From an uncultured Comamonas sp. (GTDB lineage Bacteria; Pseudomonadota; Gammaproteobacteria; Burkholderiales; Burkholderiaceae_C), in assembly GCA_902175065.1 (NCBI GenBank), contig CABIIJ010000060.1, positions 2,445 through 66,444 of the forward strand: a stretch of DNA of 64,000 nt, written 5' to 3'. Each line of letters begins with the position of its first letter. Position 1 is the first letter of the stretch. The notes under the pieces were generated by a model, which saw only the letters and a list, made by a program, of their open reading frames with translations, made no database searches and was not told the DNA's origin. The translations under genes and the position numbers were made by a program. This document shows, one piece after another, positions 9,832-20,753 of this stretch.

Positions 9832-11253
9832 ATGGGACGCACCCTGTACGACAAGATTTTTGACGAGCACGTCGTCCACACCGAGGACGACGGCACCTCC
9901 ATCCTCTACATCGACCGTCACCTGGTGCATGAAGTGACCAGCCCGCAGGCGTTCGAGGGACTGCGTCTGGCCGGGCGCAAGCTGTGGCGCATCAGCTCGG
10001 TCGTGGCCACTGCCGACCACAACACCCCCACCGACGGCTGGGAGCGCGGCTACGACGGCATTGCCGACCCGATCAGCAAGGAGCAGATCACCACGCTGAA
10101 CAGCAACATCGCCGAGTTTGGCGCCGCCGCCTTCTTCCCCTTCATGGACAAGGGCCAGGGCATCGTCCACGTCATGGGGCCGGAACAGGGCGCAACGCTG
10201 CCGGGCATGACCGTGGTCTGCGGCGACAGCCACACCAGCACGCACGGCGCCTTCGGCGCACTGGCGCACGGCATCGGCACCAGCGAGGTGGAACACGTCA
10301 TGGCCACGCAGACCCTGCTGGCCAAAAAGGCCAAGAACATGCTGGTGCGCGTGGACGGCAAGGTGGCCCCCGGCATCACCGCCAAGGACATCGTGCTGGC
10401 CATCATCGGCAGGATCGGCACTGCCGGCGGCACCGGCTACACCATCGAGTTTGCCGGGCAGGCCATCCGCGACCTGTCCATCGAAGGGCGCATGACGGTG
10501 TGCAACATGGCCATTGAGGCCGGCGCCCGCGCCGGTCTGGTCGCCGTGGACGAGAAAACCATCGCCTACGTGAAAAACCGCCCCCTGGCCCCGACGGGCG
10601 TGGAGTGGGAGCAGGCCGTGGCGTACTGGCAGACGCTGCACTCGGACGACGACGCGCAGTGGGACGCCATCGTCACCCTGCAAGGCGCGGACATCGTGCC
10701 GCAGGTCACCTGGGGCACCAGCCCGGAGATGGTCGTCGGCGCCGACACCCGCGTGCCCGACCCGGACAAGGAAAAAGACGCCAACAAACGCGCCGCGATG
10801 GAGCGGGCGCTGACCTACATGGGGCTGGAGCCGGGCAAGCCGATCACCGACATCTGCATCGACAAGGTCTTTATCGGCAGCTGCACCAACAGCCGCATCG
10901 AAGACCTGCGGGCCGCCGCCGCCGTGGTGCAGAAGCTGGGCCGCAAAGTGGCGAAAAACGTCAAGCTGGCCATGGTCGTGCCCGGTTCCGGTCTGGTGAA
11001 GGCCCAGGCCGAAAGCGAAGGGCTGGACACCATCTTCACCGCCGCCGGTTTCCAGTGGCGCGAACCCGGTTGCAGCATGTGCCTGGCCATGAACGCCGAC
11101 CGGCTGGAGCCGGGCGAGCGCTGCGCCAGCACCAGCAACCGCAACTTCGAAGGCCGCCAGGGCGCGGGCGGGCGCACCCATCTGGTCAGCCCGGCCATGG
11201 CCGCCGCTGCCGCCGTTCACGGGCATTTTGTCGATATCCGCCAATTCGCCTGA
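9832..11253 (+). CDS. leuC: 3-isopropylmalate dehydratase large subunit
   Basis: [40 protein letters not shown]. Confidence 0.98.
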   Translation: MGRTLYDKIFDEHVVHTEDDGTSILYIDRHLVHEVTSPQAFEGLRLAGRKLWRISSVVATADHNTPTDGWERGYDGIADPISKEQITTLNSNIAEFGAAAFFPFMDKGQGIVHVMGPEQGATLPGMTVVCGDSHTSTHGAFGALAHGIGTSEVEHVMATQTLLAKKAKNMLVRVDGKVAPGITAKDIVLAIIGRIGTAGGTGYTIEFAGQAIRDLSIEGRMTVCNMAIEAGARAGLVAVDEKTIAYVKNRPLAPTGVEWEQAVAYWQTLHSDDDAQWDAIVTLQGADIVPQVTWGTSPEMVVGADTRVPDPDKEKDANKRAAMERALTYMGLEPGKPITDICIDKVFIGSCTNSRIEDLRAAAAVVQKLGRKVAKNVKLAMVVPGSGLVKAQAESEGLDTIFTAAGFQWREPGCSMCLAMNADRLEPGERCASTSNRNFEGRQGAGGRTHLVSPAMAAAAAVHGHFVDIRQFA

Positions 11254-11324
11254 ATCCGAAGCACCGGAACTTTTCCTCGTTTCTTACCCCCTCACTTTTC
11301 ATTCACCCCTGCAAGGAGCACACC

Positions 11325-11486
11325 ATGAAAAAGACTGCTGTATTCATCTCCCTGGCCCTGGCTTTCGCCCTGAGCGGTTGCGGCAACACCTGGTCCGGCG
11401 TCAAGCAGGACACCAAACGCGCCGGTCAGGCCACGGGCGAGGGCATCGAAAAAGCGGGCGAGAAGATTCAGGAAATTTCCAAGTAA
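11325..11486 (+). CDS. Small lipoprotein, entericidin A/B-like (53 aa)
   Basis: AAGGAG RBS; MKKTAVFISLALAFALSGC lipobox followed by NTWSGVKQD; missed as a separate ORF by the ORF track. Confidence 0.85.
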   Translation: MKKTAVFISLALAFALSGCGNTWSGVKQDTKRAGQATGEGIEKAGEKIQEISK

Positions 11487-11498
11487 TCCCTCACTGAC

Positions 11499-12155
11499 AT
11501 GCAGAAATTCACCATCCACCAAGGGCTGGTGGCACCGATGGACCGCGAGAACGTGGACACCGACGCCATCATCCCCAAGCAATTCCTCAAATCGATCAAG
11601 AAGACCGGCTTCGGCCCCAACCTGTTCGACGAATGGCGCTACCTGGACCAGCCCGGCCAGCCCGGCGTGCCGGAGTCCGAGCGCAAGCCGAACCCGGACT
11701 TCGTGCTCAACCAGCCGCGCTACCAGGGCGCATCCGTCCTGCTGGCCCGCAAGAACTTCGGCTGCGGCTCCAGCCGCGAACACGCCCCCTGGGCGCTGGA
11801 GCAGTACGGCTTTCGCTGCGTCATCGCGCCCAGCTTTGCCGACATCTTCTTCAACAACTGCTTCAAGAACGGCATGTTGCCCATCGTGCTGCCCGAGGCC
11901 ACGGTCGACCTGCTGTTCAACGAAGTCTTCGCCTTCCCCGGCTACAAGCTCACCGTCGACCTGGAGCGGCAGGTCATCGTGCGCCCCCAGGGCGAGGAAA
12001 TCCCCTTCGACGTCAACCCCTTCCGCCGTGAATGCCTGCTCGGCGGCCTGGACGACATCGGCCTGACCCTGCGCCACAAGGACAAGATCGCCGCCTTCGA
12101 AGCCGAGCGCCTGGCCCGCAAGCCCTGGCTGGCGCACAGCCTGGTGCAACGCTGA
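11499..12155 (+). CDS. leuD: 3-isopropylmalate dehydratase small subunit
   Basis: [24 protein letters not shown]. Confidence 0.98.
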   Translation: MQKFTIHQGLVAPMDRENVDTDAIIPKQFLKSIKKTGFGPNLFDEWRYLDQPGQPGVPESERKPNPDFVLNQPRYQGASVLLARKNFGCGSSREHAPWALEQYGFRCVIAPSFADIFFNNCFKNGMLPIVLPEATVDLLFNEVFAFPGYKLTVDLERQVIVRPQGEEIPFDVNPFRRECLLGGLDDIGLTLRHKDKIAAFEAERLARKPWLAHSLVQR

Positions 12156-12166
12156 TCGCATACAAA

Positions 12167-12250
12167 ACAAGAGCTTATTCCGCTGATGAACATTGATTTT
12201 CAGAGTGTTTCATATCTGAATACCAATGTTTATCAGCGGAAACAGCTATC
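12167..12250. repeat. Family A dyad element, copy 3 (inside the leu operon)
   Basis: AGCT 12172, CGCT 12181, TCAG 12200, CTGA 12216, AGCG 12235, AGCT 12244. Confidence 0.85.
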
Positions 12251-12271
12251 AAAAATATCCAAGGAAATCCC

Positions 12272-13345
12272 ATGACCCAAAAAATCGCCGTCCTGCCCGG
12301 CGACGGCATCGGCCCGGAAATCGTCGCTGAAGCCGTCAAAGTCCTCAATGCCCTCCAGCTTGACCTGCACCTGGAAACCGCCCCCGTCGGCGGTGCCGGT
12401 TACGAAGCCGCCGGCCACCCCCTGCCGCCCGCCACGCTGAAGCTGGCGCAGGAGGCCGACGCCATCCTGTTCGGCGCCGTGGGCGACTGGAAATACGACA
12501 CCCTGGAACGCGCCCTGCGCCCGGAGCAGGCCATCCTCGGCCTGCGCAAGGCCCTGGGCCTGTTCGCGAACTTCCGCCCCGCCATCTGCTACGAGCAACT
12601 GGTCGGCGCCTCCAGCCTCAAGCCCGAGCTGGTCGCGGGCCTGGACATCCTCATCATCCGCGAGCTGACCGGCGACATCTACTTCGGCCAGCCGCGCGGC
12701 CGCCGCACCGCCGAAGACGGCCACTTCCCCGGCACCGAGGAAGCCTTCGACACCATGCGCTACAGCCGCCCGGAGATCGAGCGCATCGCCCACGTCGCCT
12801 TCCAGGCCGCGCAAAAGCGCAACCAGCGTGTCACCAGCGTGGACAAGGCCAACGTGCTGGAAACCTCCCAGCTCTGGAAAGACGTCATGACCGAAATCGG
12901 CCAGCAGTACCCGGACGTGCAGCTCGACCACATGTACGTGGACAACGCCGCCATGCAGCTCGTCAAGGCCCCCAAGCGCTTCGACGTGGTCGTCACCGGC
13001 AACATGTTCGGCGACATCCTCTCGGATGAAGCCTCCATGCTCACCGGCTCCATCGGCATGTTGCCCAGCGCCAGCCTGAACGACAAAAAGCAGGGCCTGT
13101 ACGAACCCAGCCACGGCAGCGCCCCCGACATCGCCGGCCAGGGCATCGCCAACCCGCTGGCCACCATCCTCAGCGCCGCCATGATGCTGCGCTTCAGCCT
13201 GGGCCACGAAGCCGCCGCCCAGCGCATCGAAGCCGCCGTGCAAAAGGTGCTGGCCCAGGGCCTGCGCACCGCCGACATCTGGAGCGAAGGCACCACCAAG
13301 GTCAATACCGCACAAATGGGCGATGCGGTGGTGGCAGCGCTGTAA
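12272..13345 (+). CDS. leuB: 3-isopropylmalate dehydrogenase
   Basis: [33 protein letters not shown]. Confidence 0.98.
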   Translation: MTQKIAVLPGDGIGPEIVAEAVKVLNALQLDLHLETAPVGGAGYEAAGHPLPPATLKLAQEADAILFGAVGDWKYDTLERALRPEQAILGLRKALGLFANFRPAICYEQLVGASSLKPELVAGLDILIIRELTGDIYFGQPRGRRTAEDGHFPGTEEAFDTMRYSRPEIERIAHVAFQAAQKRNQRVTSVDKANVLETSQLWKDVMTEIGQQYPDVQLDHMYVDNAAMQLVKAPKRFDVVVTGNMFGDILSDEASMLTGSIGMLPSASLNDKKQGLYEPSHGSAPDIAGQGIANPLATILSAAMMLRFSLGHEAAAQRIEAAVQKVLAQGLRTADIWSEGTTKVNTAQMGDAVVAAL

Positions 13346-13357
13346 TTGCCGCCATCA

Positions 13358-15001
13358 ATCGGCATAGGGGGCCTCCATCCAGGAGGCACCCCTGCCACAC
13401 CACCCGGCATGCGGTTCCGCACCGGGCGGTTCGAGAGCTTGAGGTCATGAGAGTCTGGGCAAGCCCAGCCGGTCGAAGTGCGCAATAGTCAGCACGCTGT
13501 TGAGCAGCTTGGCACTGCCCCGCCACCAGCGCCGGCCATTGACCGACACCTGCCGCGCAACGTCGTGCGTGGCCCCCAGTGAGCGCAGTTCGCGGTAGAT
13601 CGTTGCCCCGCGCTTCCAGTGCCTGAGCTGTAGGGCACGCAGACGGTGGCGCAGCCATTCGTCCAGCTCGCGCCAGACTCCGGGTGTTTGCACCAGCCCG
13701 AAGTACGCCTTCCAGCCCAGCAGGTAGGGCCTGAGCTTGTCCACCACTTGGCTTATGCTGCGCCCGATCGAGCGGCGCGTGAGTTGCCTGATCCGGGCCT
13801 TGAAGTTGCCGATGGCCTTGGCGGCCACCTTGTATTTCACTTCCCGGCCCTTGGCCACCCACAGGGCATAACCCAGAAACTTGCGTCCGAAGACGCTGCT
13901 TACGGCACTCTTGGCTTCGTTGATCTCAAGCCTGAGCTTGCCGTACAACCTCCTGAGCCACCCCATGACCCGCTCACCCGCCTTCTTGCTGCCTACGTAG
14001 ACGTTGCAGTCGTCGGCATACCGCGCGAAGCTGTACGTCCACCACCACACGCTTGCCCGCCTGCACGAAGCTGCGAGCGGCTTTGACTGCGTCGTGCGCC
14101 CGTCTGCCTGGCCTGAACCCGTGGCTGTGTTCGCTGAAGCTGGGGTCGATCAGCGGTTGCAGCACTTGCAGTAGTGCCTGCTGGATAAGCCCATCCACCA
14201 CCGTGGGGATGCCCAGCTCTCGCTGGCTGCCGTCCGGTTTGGGGATCATGACCCTGCGCACCGGCTTTGGCCGGTATTGGCCTGCAAGTATCTGGCCGCG
14301 AATCTCTGTCCAACCCGTTTGCAGCAGTTGGCCGGTTTGCTGGATGTCCAGCCCATCGGCGCCTGCCGCTCCTTTGTTGGCCTTGACCCGCTTCCAGGCT
14401 GCTTGCAGGTTCTCTCGCGTCAGCGCCGCTTGCAGCAGGGTGCCAGCCCCTGCTGCCCGCTTTGCCGACCCTGTGCCCTGGTGTTCACGGGGCGGGCCGC
14501 TGGCTTCGTCGCTGACTGGCTCGCGTTCGGCTTCACCGTGCGCTATCCCCGCCCGCCCGGATGGCTCCGGCATCTGACGCATGGCCTTTGGCATCCCTCG
14601 TGTCCTCGGTCACTCACTCTCGTTCGGCCCTTCGCATTCGCCTTGTAGCCTCATCGGCCCCGGCTCCTGCTACTACGGCCTCTGCTGACTTCTCGCTCCA
14701 GCAGCGCTGTCGCCCTTTCAGGCGCAAGGCGAGATCTCCCCAGGTAAGAGTCGCACTCCTTCATCGCACAACCGCCGCATCTACGCCACTTCGCCTTGGT
14801 CACGAGAGCTTCGTGGTTGCTTGCCCACTCGCCCTGCTCGGCAGCGCCTTCTATGCGGTTCTTGTTCATCGGCTCGCGATTTACGCTTCACGCTTCCTTC
14901 CCACACTCGGTCGCCCTCATGCAGTTGCGCTTCACTTCGCTCGTTGTGACCAACTCGCGGCGGGACTTGCACCCGCAGGAGTGCGCCCATGCTGGGCGCA
15001 C
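13358..15001 (-). mobile_element. Bacterial class C (IIC) group II intron, 1644 nt
   Basis: Minus strand begins GTGCGCCCAGC at 15001; domain V GAACCGCCCGGTGCGGAACCGCATGCCGGGTGGTGT at 13397-13432; ends CCTATGCCGAT at 13358; sits 3-4 nt past a hairpin. Confidence 0.92.
13445..14594 (-). pseudogene. ltrA: Intron-encoded reverse transcriptase/maturase, internally deleted and frameshifted
   Basis: RT0-2 (AWKRVKANKGAAGADG, IPKPDGSQRELGIPT, GFRPGR) ends at VVVDV; the next frame resumes at SFARYADD; DLEKFFD and GTPQGG motifs are absent; junction at 14034/14035. Confidence 0.9.
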
Positions 15002-15004
15002 AAG

Positions 15005-15039
15005 CAAGGGCGCTGCCCCTTCCGGGGACAGCGCCCTTG
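15005..15039. terminator. Hairpin used as the intron target (originally between convergent leuB and globin genes)
   Basis: CAAGGGCGCTGCCCC-TTCC-GGGGACAGCGCCCTTG. Confidence 0.8.
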
Positions 15040-15085
15040 TTGCATTTCCGGCCCCCTGCCCGCTGCTGCCGGGCATGGCCGGCGT

Positions 15086-15484
15086 TTACAGCGAACGCGG
15101 CACATCCACCCCCTGCGCATACGCCTGGTAGCCCATCCACAGGCTTTGCGCAATGCGCTCGGCCGCAGCAACGGCCTGCTCTGCCAGCGCCTGATTGGCT
15201 TGCTCGGCAGCGGTCGTGCGCCACAGGGCCAGCCATTCGCGGAACAGCTCCGCGTTCAGACCGGGCAGGGCAACATGCTTGGGCATGGGCGCACCGCTGA
15301 AGCGCCCGGTACGCAGCAGGACGCTCGACCAGAAATCGACCAGCCGGTCCAGGTGCGCAGGCCAGTCGTCGATATGGCCATTGAAGATGGGGCCAAGGTT
15401 CGGGTGCTGGCGGATGCGGTCGTAGAACTGGTGTACCAGGGCGGTGATTTCTTCTTCGGTGCAGAGTGCGCGAGGGGCATGCAT
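15086..15484 (-). CDS. Group III truncated hemoglobin
   Basis: LVHQFYDRIRQHPNLGPIF, HLDRLVDFWSSVLL, PMPKH, FREWLALW; ATG 15484. Confidence 0.9.
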   Translation of the reverse strand: MHAPRALCTEEEITALVHQFYDRIRQHPNLGPIFNGHIDDWPAHLDRLVDFWSSVLLRTGRFSGAPMPKHVALPGLNAELFREWLALWRTTAAEQANQALAEQAVAAAERIAQSLWMGYQAYAQGVDVPRSL

Positions 15485-15704
15485 GGCGTAGGTTTCCCGG
15501 GGAGAGCATAAAAAATGCGCAGACCCTGCCGCGCAAGACAATGGCTGGATTTTAGGTAAAGCTTTTTATTGCAGCAGCACCATCACCCAGACGAAGGCTT
15601 TATCGAAACGACCAGATCAATCGTGCATTTTCGTCAAAACGACGAAGAATATCGCCATTCCGAAGTAACGCCGGTGACCGGGTTTCCTCTAAAATCCATC
15701 CCCT

Positions 15705-15800
15705 ATGTTCCACGCGCTGCCCACCTCCTGCCCCCTGCCGTCCACCCTGCCGGACGGCGCGGCGCGTGCCTCCATTACCACCACCACGATTACCGGCTGA
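15705..15800 (+). CDS. Putative Thr/Ile-sensing leader peptide (31 aa) of asd
   Basis: MFHALPTSCPLPSTLPDGAARASITTTTITG*; ends 101 nt before the asd start. Confidence 0.7.
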   Translation: MFHALPTSCPLPSTLPDGAARASITTTTITG

Positions 15801-15894
15801 TCCAGCCCGGCTCGTCGTGCGCCCTTAGAACCGGCCAGACGAGCCGGGCGGAAACAGTCCGGCGACACTGTTTTCCCACTTCTAACTGAAAGGG
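15793..15894 (+). promoter_or_regulatory. Putative attenuator hairpin system upstream of asd
   Basis: 12-bp perfect stem 15805-15816/15838-15849; second stem 15850-15858/15867-15876; alternative pairings 15793-15799 with 15803-15810 and 15843-15847 with 15859-15863. Confidence 0.55.
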
Positions 15895-15901
15895 CGTTTT
15901 T

Positions 15902-17014
15902 ATGAGTAAGCAATTGGTTGGCCTCGTAGGCTGGCGCGGCATGGTCGGCTCCGTGCTGATGGAACGGATGCAGGCCGAAGGCGATTTCGACCTGATCGAG
16001 CCGGTGTTCTTCTCCACCTCCAACGCGGGCGGTGCCGCCCCCGCCATGGCCAGGACGCACACCCAGCTCAAGGACGCCCACGACATCGCCGCGCTGGCCC
16101 AGTGCGACATCATCATCACCTGCCAGGGTGGCGATTACACCAACGAAGTGTTCCCGAAAATCCGCGCTGCGGGCTGGAGCGGCCACTGGATCGACGCGGC
16201 TTCGTCGCTGCGCATGAAGGACGATGCCGTCATCGTCCTCGACCCCGTGAACCAGGACTTGATCGAGCAGAAGCTGGCCGCTGGCGGCAAGAACTGGATC
16301 GGCGGCAACTGCACCAACTCCATCCTGCTGATGGGCGTGGGCAGCCTGTTCAAGGCCGGGCTGGTGGAGTGGGTCAGCTCCATGACCTACCAGGCCGCCT
16401 CCGGCGGCGGGGCCAATCATATGCGCGAGCTGCTCAAGGGCATGGGCGTGATCCACAGCGCAGTGGCAGACAAGCTGGCCACGCCATCGTCGGCCATTCT
16501 GGAAATCGACCGCCAGGTCGCGCAAACCATCCGCAGCGATGTGCCGACCGAGTTTTTCGGCGCTCCGTTGGCGGGCGGCCTGATTCCCTGGATCGACGCA
16601 CAACTGGACAACGGCCAATCCAAGGAAGAGTGGAAGGGCCAGGCCGAGGTGAACAAAATCCTCGGCACCCCGACCACCATTCCCGTCGATGGCCTGTGCG
16701 TGCGTGTCGGCGCGATGCGCTGCCACTCCCTGGCGCTGACGCTGAAACTGAAAAAAGACCTGCCCCTGGCTGAGATCGAGGCACTGATCCAGGCAGGCAA
16801 CCCCTGGGTGAAGTTCGTCGCCAACGACCGCGCCCTGACCGTGAAGGAACTGACCCCGGCCAGCATCACCGGCGGCCTGCAAGTGGGCGTGGGCCGTGTG
16901 CGCAAGTTAAACATGGGGCCGCAGTACCTCTCGGCCTTCGTGATCGGCGACCAACTGCTGTGGGGCGCTGCCGAGCCGCTGCGCCGTATGCTGCGCATCC
17001 TGCTCAAGGCGTAA
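15902..17014 (+). CDS. asd: Aspartate-semialdehyde dehydrogenase
   Basis: [47 protein letters not shown]. Confidence 0.98.
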   Translation: MSKQLVGLVGWRGMVGSVLMERMQAEGDFDLIEPVFFSTSNAGGAAPAMARTHTQLKDAHDIAALAQCDIIITCQGGDYTNEVFPKIRAAGWSGHWIDAASSLRMKDDAVIVLDPVNQDLIEQKLAAGGKNWIGGNCTNSILLMGVGSLFKAGLVEWVSSMTYQAASGGGANHMRELLKGMGVIHSAVADKLATPSSAILEIDRQVAQTIRSDVPTEFFGAPLAGGLIPWIDAQLDNGQSKEEWKGQAEVNKILGTPTTIPVDGLCVRVGAMRCHSLALTLKLKKDLPLAEIEALIQAGNPWVKFVANDRALTVKELTPASITGGLQVGVGRVRKLNMGPQYLSAFVIGDQLLWGAAEPLRRMLRILLKA

Positions 17015-17035
17015 CCTTGCGCAACACGGAGAAAG

Positions 17036-17059
17036 GGAGGCCCGCGCGGCCTCCTTTTT
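17036..17059 (+). terminator. Intrinsic terminator after asd
   Basis: GGAGGCC-CGCGC-GGCCTCC-TTTTT. Confidence 0.8.
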
Positions 17060-17271
17060 GTTTCAGAAAAAAACAAACTGTGTTTTAGTCGCCACAATCC
17101 CTGCTTTTCCCCGGACTAAGCCATCCTGCCTGTGCTTATTCTTCGGCAAACAGATGGGGCGTCGCCATAATCGCGTACTTGGCCTGTCGCTCCAATGACA
17201 TCGCACAGGGCAGCACCTCTCGCGCTGCTGCTAGAAAAACTTGCCGCCCAGAAGCGGCTGATGACCGGGAT

Positions 17272-19872
17272 ATGAACACAACTATGCGCCGTTGGAAATT
17301 CTCTGCCCTTGCCTCCGCTGCCTGTCTATGCGCAGCGCTCTACGCTCCCAATGCCGCAGCCCTTTCGCTGGGCGCCATCCACGTGCAGTCGCACTTGGGC
17401 GAGCCTTTGCGGGCCGAAATAGATATCCCGGAACTGAGCGCGGCGGAAGCCGCTTCCCTGCAGACCACGCTGGCTACCCCGGACATTTTCCAGGCCCACG
17501 GCATGGAATTCGGCGCCATTGCCCGCAGCGTGCGTATCGAACTGGTGCACCGCGCCCAAGGCGCATCGAAAATCAAGCTATCGACCACGACGCCGGTCAA
17601 CGATCCATTCATCGACCTGATCCTGCAAGCCAACTGGAACGCCGGCAACCTCACGCGCAGTTACACCCTGCTGCTGGATCCGCCCCCTGCGGCAGCCGCG
17701 CCAGCGCCCACCGTGGCTGCACAGGCCAGCCCCCCGGCACAAACAGGCCGCAGCTACCGCTCCCAGCCACGGGTGCAGGCGACCATCCCGGCCACGGCAG
17801 CGCCCGCTGCAACCACATCGGCCTCCGGTGACGTCACCGTCCGCCCCGGGGACACCGCCGGGCGCATCGCCACAGCCCATGCCATCGCTGGCGTCTCCCT
17901 TGACCAGATGTTGGTCGCCATGCTGCACAGCAACCCCTCGGCCTTCATTGGCGGCAACATCAACCGCATCAAGGCCGGGGCCGTCCTGAACATGCCCGAT
18001 GCCGAGCAAGCGCACAGCACTTCGGCCAAGGAAGCCCGGCAGATCGTTGCCGCCCAGAGCAGAGACTTCAACGCCTACCGGCGCAAGCTGGCCGAACGCA
18101 CGGCCAAGGCACAGGTCGGTGCCGCCGAACGCAGCGCCTCGGGCAAGGTGCAGGCCCAAGTACAGGACAGCGGCACCGCAACCGCCCCGGCCGACAAGCT
18201 GACGCTCTCGAAGGGCGCTGTCGCCGCCAAGGCAGAAGAACAACTGGCACAGGAAAAACAGGCTGCCGCCCAGGACGCCCGGGCGCAAGAGTTGCAGCGC
18301 AACCTTGCCGAACTGGAAAAAATCAGCAACGACACTGCCCAGGAAGCCACCGTGGCCGCCGGCAGCGTAGCCGCTTCGCCGGAAACCACGACGGCACCCA
18401 GCACAGCCCCCGAAGAACCTGTCGCCACGCTCGCCGTGCCCGCCAATTTGCCCACGCCTGCGGCAGACGCCGATGCCGCGACCGAACAACCGGCCCCCGA
18501 ACCCGCCCCCAAGGACGAGGTCAAAAAGCCCGCTCCCAAGAAACCCGCGCCCCCTCCGCCACCGGCGCCCGAACCGTCGTTCATCGACGATCTGCTCGGC
18601 AACCCCCTGGTACCTGCTGGCGCAGCAGGCATCGTGGCCTTGCTCGGTCTGCTGGTATGGCGCAAACGCAAACAGCAGCAAGCCAGCCCCACCAATTTTG
18701 CCGACACCAGCCTGGACGTAGGCCAATTGCCACCGGACTCGCTGTTTGACAGCAGCGGCGGCCAGCAAGTGGACACCAAGAGCGAAGGCGCCCCCAGCAC
18801 GATGGCCTACTCTCCCAGCCAGCTGGATGCCAGCGGCGACGTCGATCCCATTGCCGAAGCCGATGTTTACCTGGCCTACGGCAAGGAAGACGAAGCGCTG
18901 AAAATTCTGCGCGAGGCCCTGCGCACGGCGCCCGACCGCGTGCCCTTGCACGTCAAACTGGCGGAAATCTACGCCAAGCAGCAGGACCTGACCCAGCTGG
19001 AAATCACGGCCCGCACGGTGCACAACTTGACCCAGGGCACTGGTGCCGATTGGGAACGGGTACGCGCCCTGGGCTTTAGCATGGATCCGTACAACACGCT
19101 GTACACCGACGACCAGCCCGCCCCGGCAGCGGCCCCTGCGGCCACCTCCGGGTTCGCCCAGGCTCTGGCCGAATCTGCCGCGCCACAAGCGCCCGCAACC
19201 CCGATTGACGACACGACCGGCCAATTCATTGCAGCCCTGGACAGCCAGCTTGACATAGCCGCACCGCCCTCGCACCAGGATCTGCCCTCGCAAATTCAGG
19301 ATACCCAGTTCGCCGAAGGCCCCCCCAGCACCCAGGATGCCGTACCGGCATTCGACTTCAACGCGCTGGATCTGGATCTGCCGACCGCTGCGGTCGTGAC
19401 GGACACCGCCCCCACTGAAACGGCCGCACCGGAAGCTGCCACACCGAGCGCGGAAGCGCTGGACTTCACCCTGGACAGTAGTTTTGCCCTGCCCGAATCG
19501 CCCGCACCGGCCCCCGCCAGCGCTCCAGCTGCAGCGGCGGATGATTTCGGTCTAAGCACCCTGGATTTCAGCGATGCCGACCAGCCTGCTGCACCCGACG
19601 ACTTTGGCCTGAGCCAGCTCGACCTGGGGGATACCGCCACCCCGGCAGCAGCGTCCGACCTTGGCCTGGATTCCATCCAGTTCAACGACTTGCCAGCCGA
19701 CCCTGCCGACGGCGCCGCCAACGACCCCCTCACCACGAAACTGGATCTGGCCCAGGAATTTGCCATGATTGGCGATGCCGAAGGTGCCCGGGCCCTGATC
19801 GAGGAAGTCCTTGCTGAAGCCGACGGTACCTTGAAAGTACGCGCCCAGAAGATGTTGAGCGAACTGGACTGA
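17272..19872 (+). CDS. fimV: FimV/HubP polar landmark protein
   Basis: [21 protein letters not shown]-terminus, LysM, TM segment, [14 protein letters not shown]-terminal [21 protein letters not shown]; start 17272 or 17284. Confidence 0.92.
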   Translation: MNTTMRRWKFSALASAACLCAALYAPNAAALSLGAIHVQSHLGEPLRAEIDIPELSAAEAASLQTTLATPDIFQAHGMEFGAIARSVRIELVHRAQGASKIKLSTTTPVNDPFIDLILQANWNAGNLTRSYTLLLDPPPAAAAPAPTVAAQASPPAQTGRSYRSQPRVQATIPATAAPAATTSASGDVTVRPGDTAGRIATAHAIAGVSLDQMLVAMLHSNPSAFIGGNINRIKAGAVLNMPDAEQAHSTSAKEARQIVAAQSRDFNAYRRKLAERTAKAQVGAAERSASGKVQAQVQDSGTATAPADKLTLSKGAVAAKAEEQLAQEKQAAAQDARAQELQRNLAELEKISNDTAQEATVAAGSVAASPETTTAPSTAPEEPVATLAVPANLPTPAADADAATEQPAPEPAPKDEVKKPAPKKPAPPPPPAPEPSFIDDLLGNPLVPAGAAGIVALLGLLVWRKRKQQQASPTNFADTSLDVGQLPPDSLFDSSGGQQVDTKSEGAPSTMAYSPSQLDASGDVDPIAEADVYLAYGKEDEALKILREALRTAPDRVPLHVKLAEIYAKQQDLTQLEITARTVHNLTQGTGADWERVRALGFSMDPYNTLYTDDQPAPAAAPAATSGFAQALAESAAPQAPATPIDDTTGQFIAALDSQLDIAAPPSHQDLPSQIQDTQFAEGPPSTQDAVPAFDFNALDLDLPTAAVVTDTAPTETAAPEAATPSAEALDFTLDSSFALPESPAPAPASAPAAAADDFGLSTLDFSDADQPAAPDDFGLSQLDLGDTATPAAASDLGLDSIQFNDLPADPADGAANDPLTTKLDLAQEFAMIGDAEGARALIEEVLAEADGTLKVRAQKMLSELD

Positions 19873-19918
19873 TGGCCATTTTCTGCACTCCGTCCCGCCA
19901 TCACGCCCAGGAGCCGCC

Positions 19919-20752
19919 ATGCGCATAGCCCTGGGGGTGAGCTACAGCGGCAGCCGCTACCAGGGCTGGCAAAGCCAGCCGAGCGGCAACACCGTGCAAG
20001 ACCAACTCGAAGCGGCCCTGGGCCGCTTTGCTACGCAGAAGATCAGCACCCTCTGTGCTGGCCGCACCGATGCCGGGGTGCATGGCCTGATGCAGGTGGT
20101 GCATTTCGACACCGACTTGCAGCGAGCGCCCAACTCCTGGGTGCGCGGCACCAATACTTTTTTGCCGTCGGACATCGCCGTGCATTGGGCGCGGGAAGTG
20201 CCCAGCGGGCCGGAAGGCTTTCACTGCCGCGCCAGCGCCACGGCCCGCCGCTATGCCTACGTGCTGCTGCAATCGCCCGTGCGTCCCAGCGTCGAGGCCG
20301 GGCGCGTCGGCTGGGTGTTCATGCCCCTGCAACTGGAGGCCATGCGCCAGGCTGCGCAACTGCTGCTGGGCGAGCACGATTTTTCCTCGTTCCGCGCCTC
20401 GGGCTGCCAGGCGAAAACGCCGGTCAAGACCCTGCATCGCATCGACATCCGCTTCACCCCCGCAGCGCCTGCGCCGATGCGCGAGAACCAGGAAATGCCC
20501 TGCGGCTACTGGCGCTTCGAGTTCGAGGGCAACGCCTTTCTGCACCACATGATCCGCAACATCATGGGCTGCCTGATCTACATCGGCCAGGGCAGCCAGC
20601 CCGTGGCCTGGATGCAGCAGGTGCTCGATGCCCGTTCCCGCGATGCGGCTGCGCCCACTTTCAGCCCCGATGGCCTGTACTTCCTCGGCCCGGTGTACGA
20701 CCCCGGTTGGGAGCTGCCCGGCAGCACCCCGCCCTTTGCCTGGCTGCCCTGA
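19919..20752 (+). CDS. truA: tRNA pseudouridine(38-40) synthase
   Basis: [28 protein letters not shown]. Confidence 0.97.
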   Translation: MRIALGVSYSGSRYQGWQSQPSGNTVQDQLEAALGRFATQKISTLCAGRTDAGVHGLMQVVHFDTDLQRAPNSWVRGTNTFLPSDIAVHWAREVPSGPEGFHCRASATARRYAYVLLQSPVRPSVEAGRVGWVFMPLQLEAMRQAAQLLLGEHDFSSFRASGCQAKTPVKTLHRIDIRFTPAAPAPMRENQEMPCGYWRFEFEGNAFLHHMIRNIMGCLIYIGQGSQPVAWMQQVLDARSRDAAAPTFSPDGLYFLGPVYDPGWELPGSTPPFAWLP

Positions 20753-20753
20753 G

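Noticed and set aside
11325-11486. Entericidin-like lipoprotein inside the leu operon as a novelty
   Set aside because: To my knowledge this leuC-lipoprotein-leuD order is common in Burkholderiales; kept as a feature only
15569-15889. 106-aa ORF with a His run (HYHHHDY) upstream of asd
   Set aside because: The His run is the Thr/Ile codon run of the leader peptide read in another frame; no family features
18340-19720. Ala/Pro/Asp-rich low-complexity repeats in fimV
   Set aside because: Normal for the disordered regions of FimV/HubP proteins
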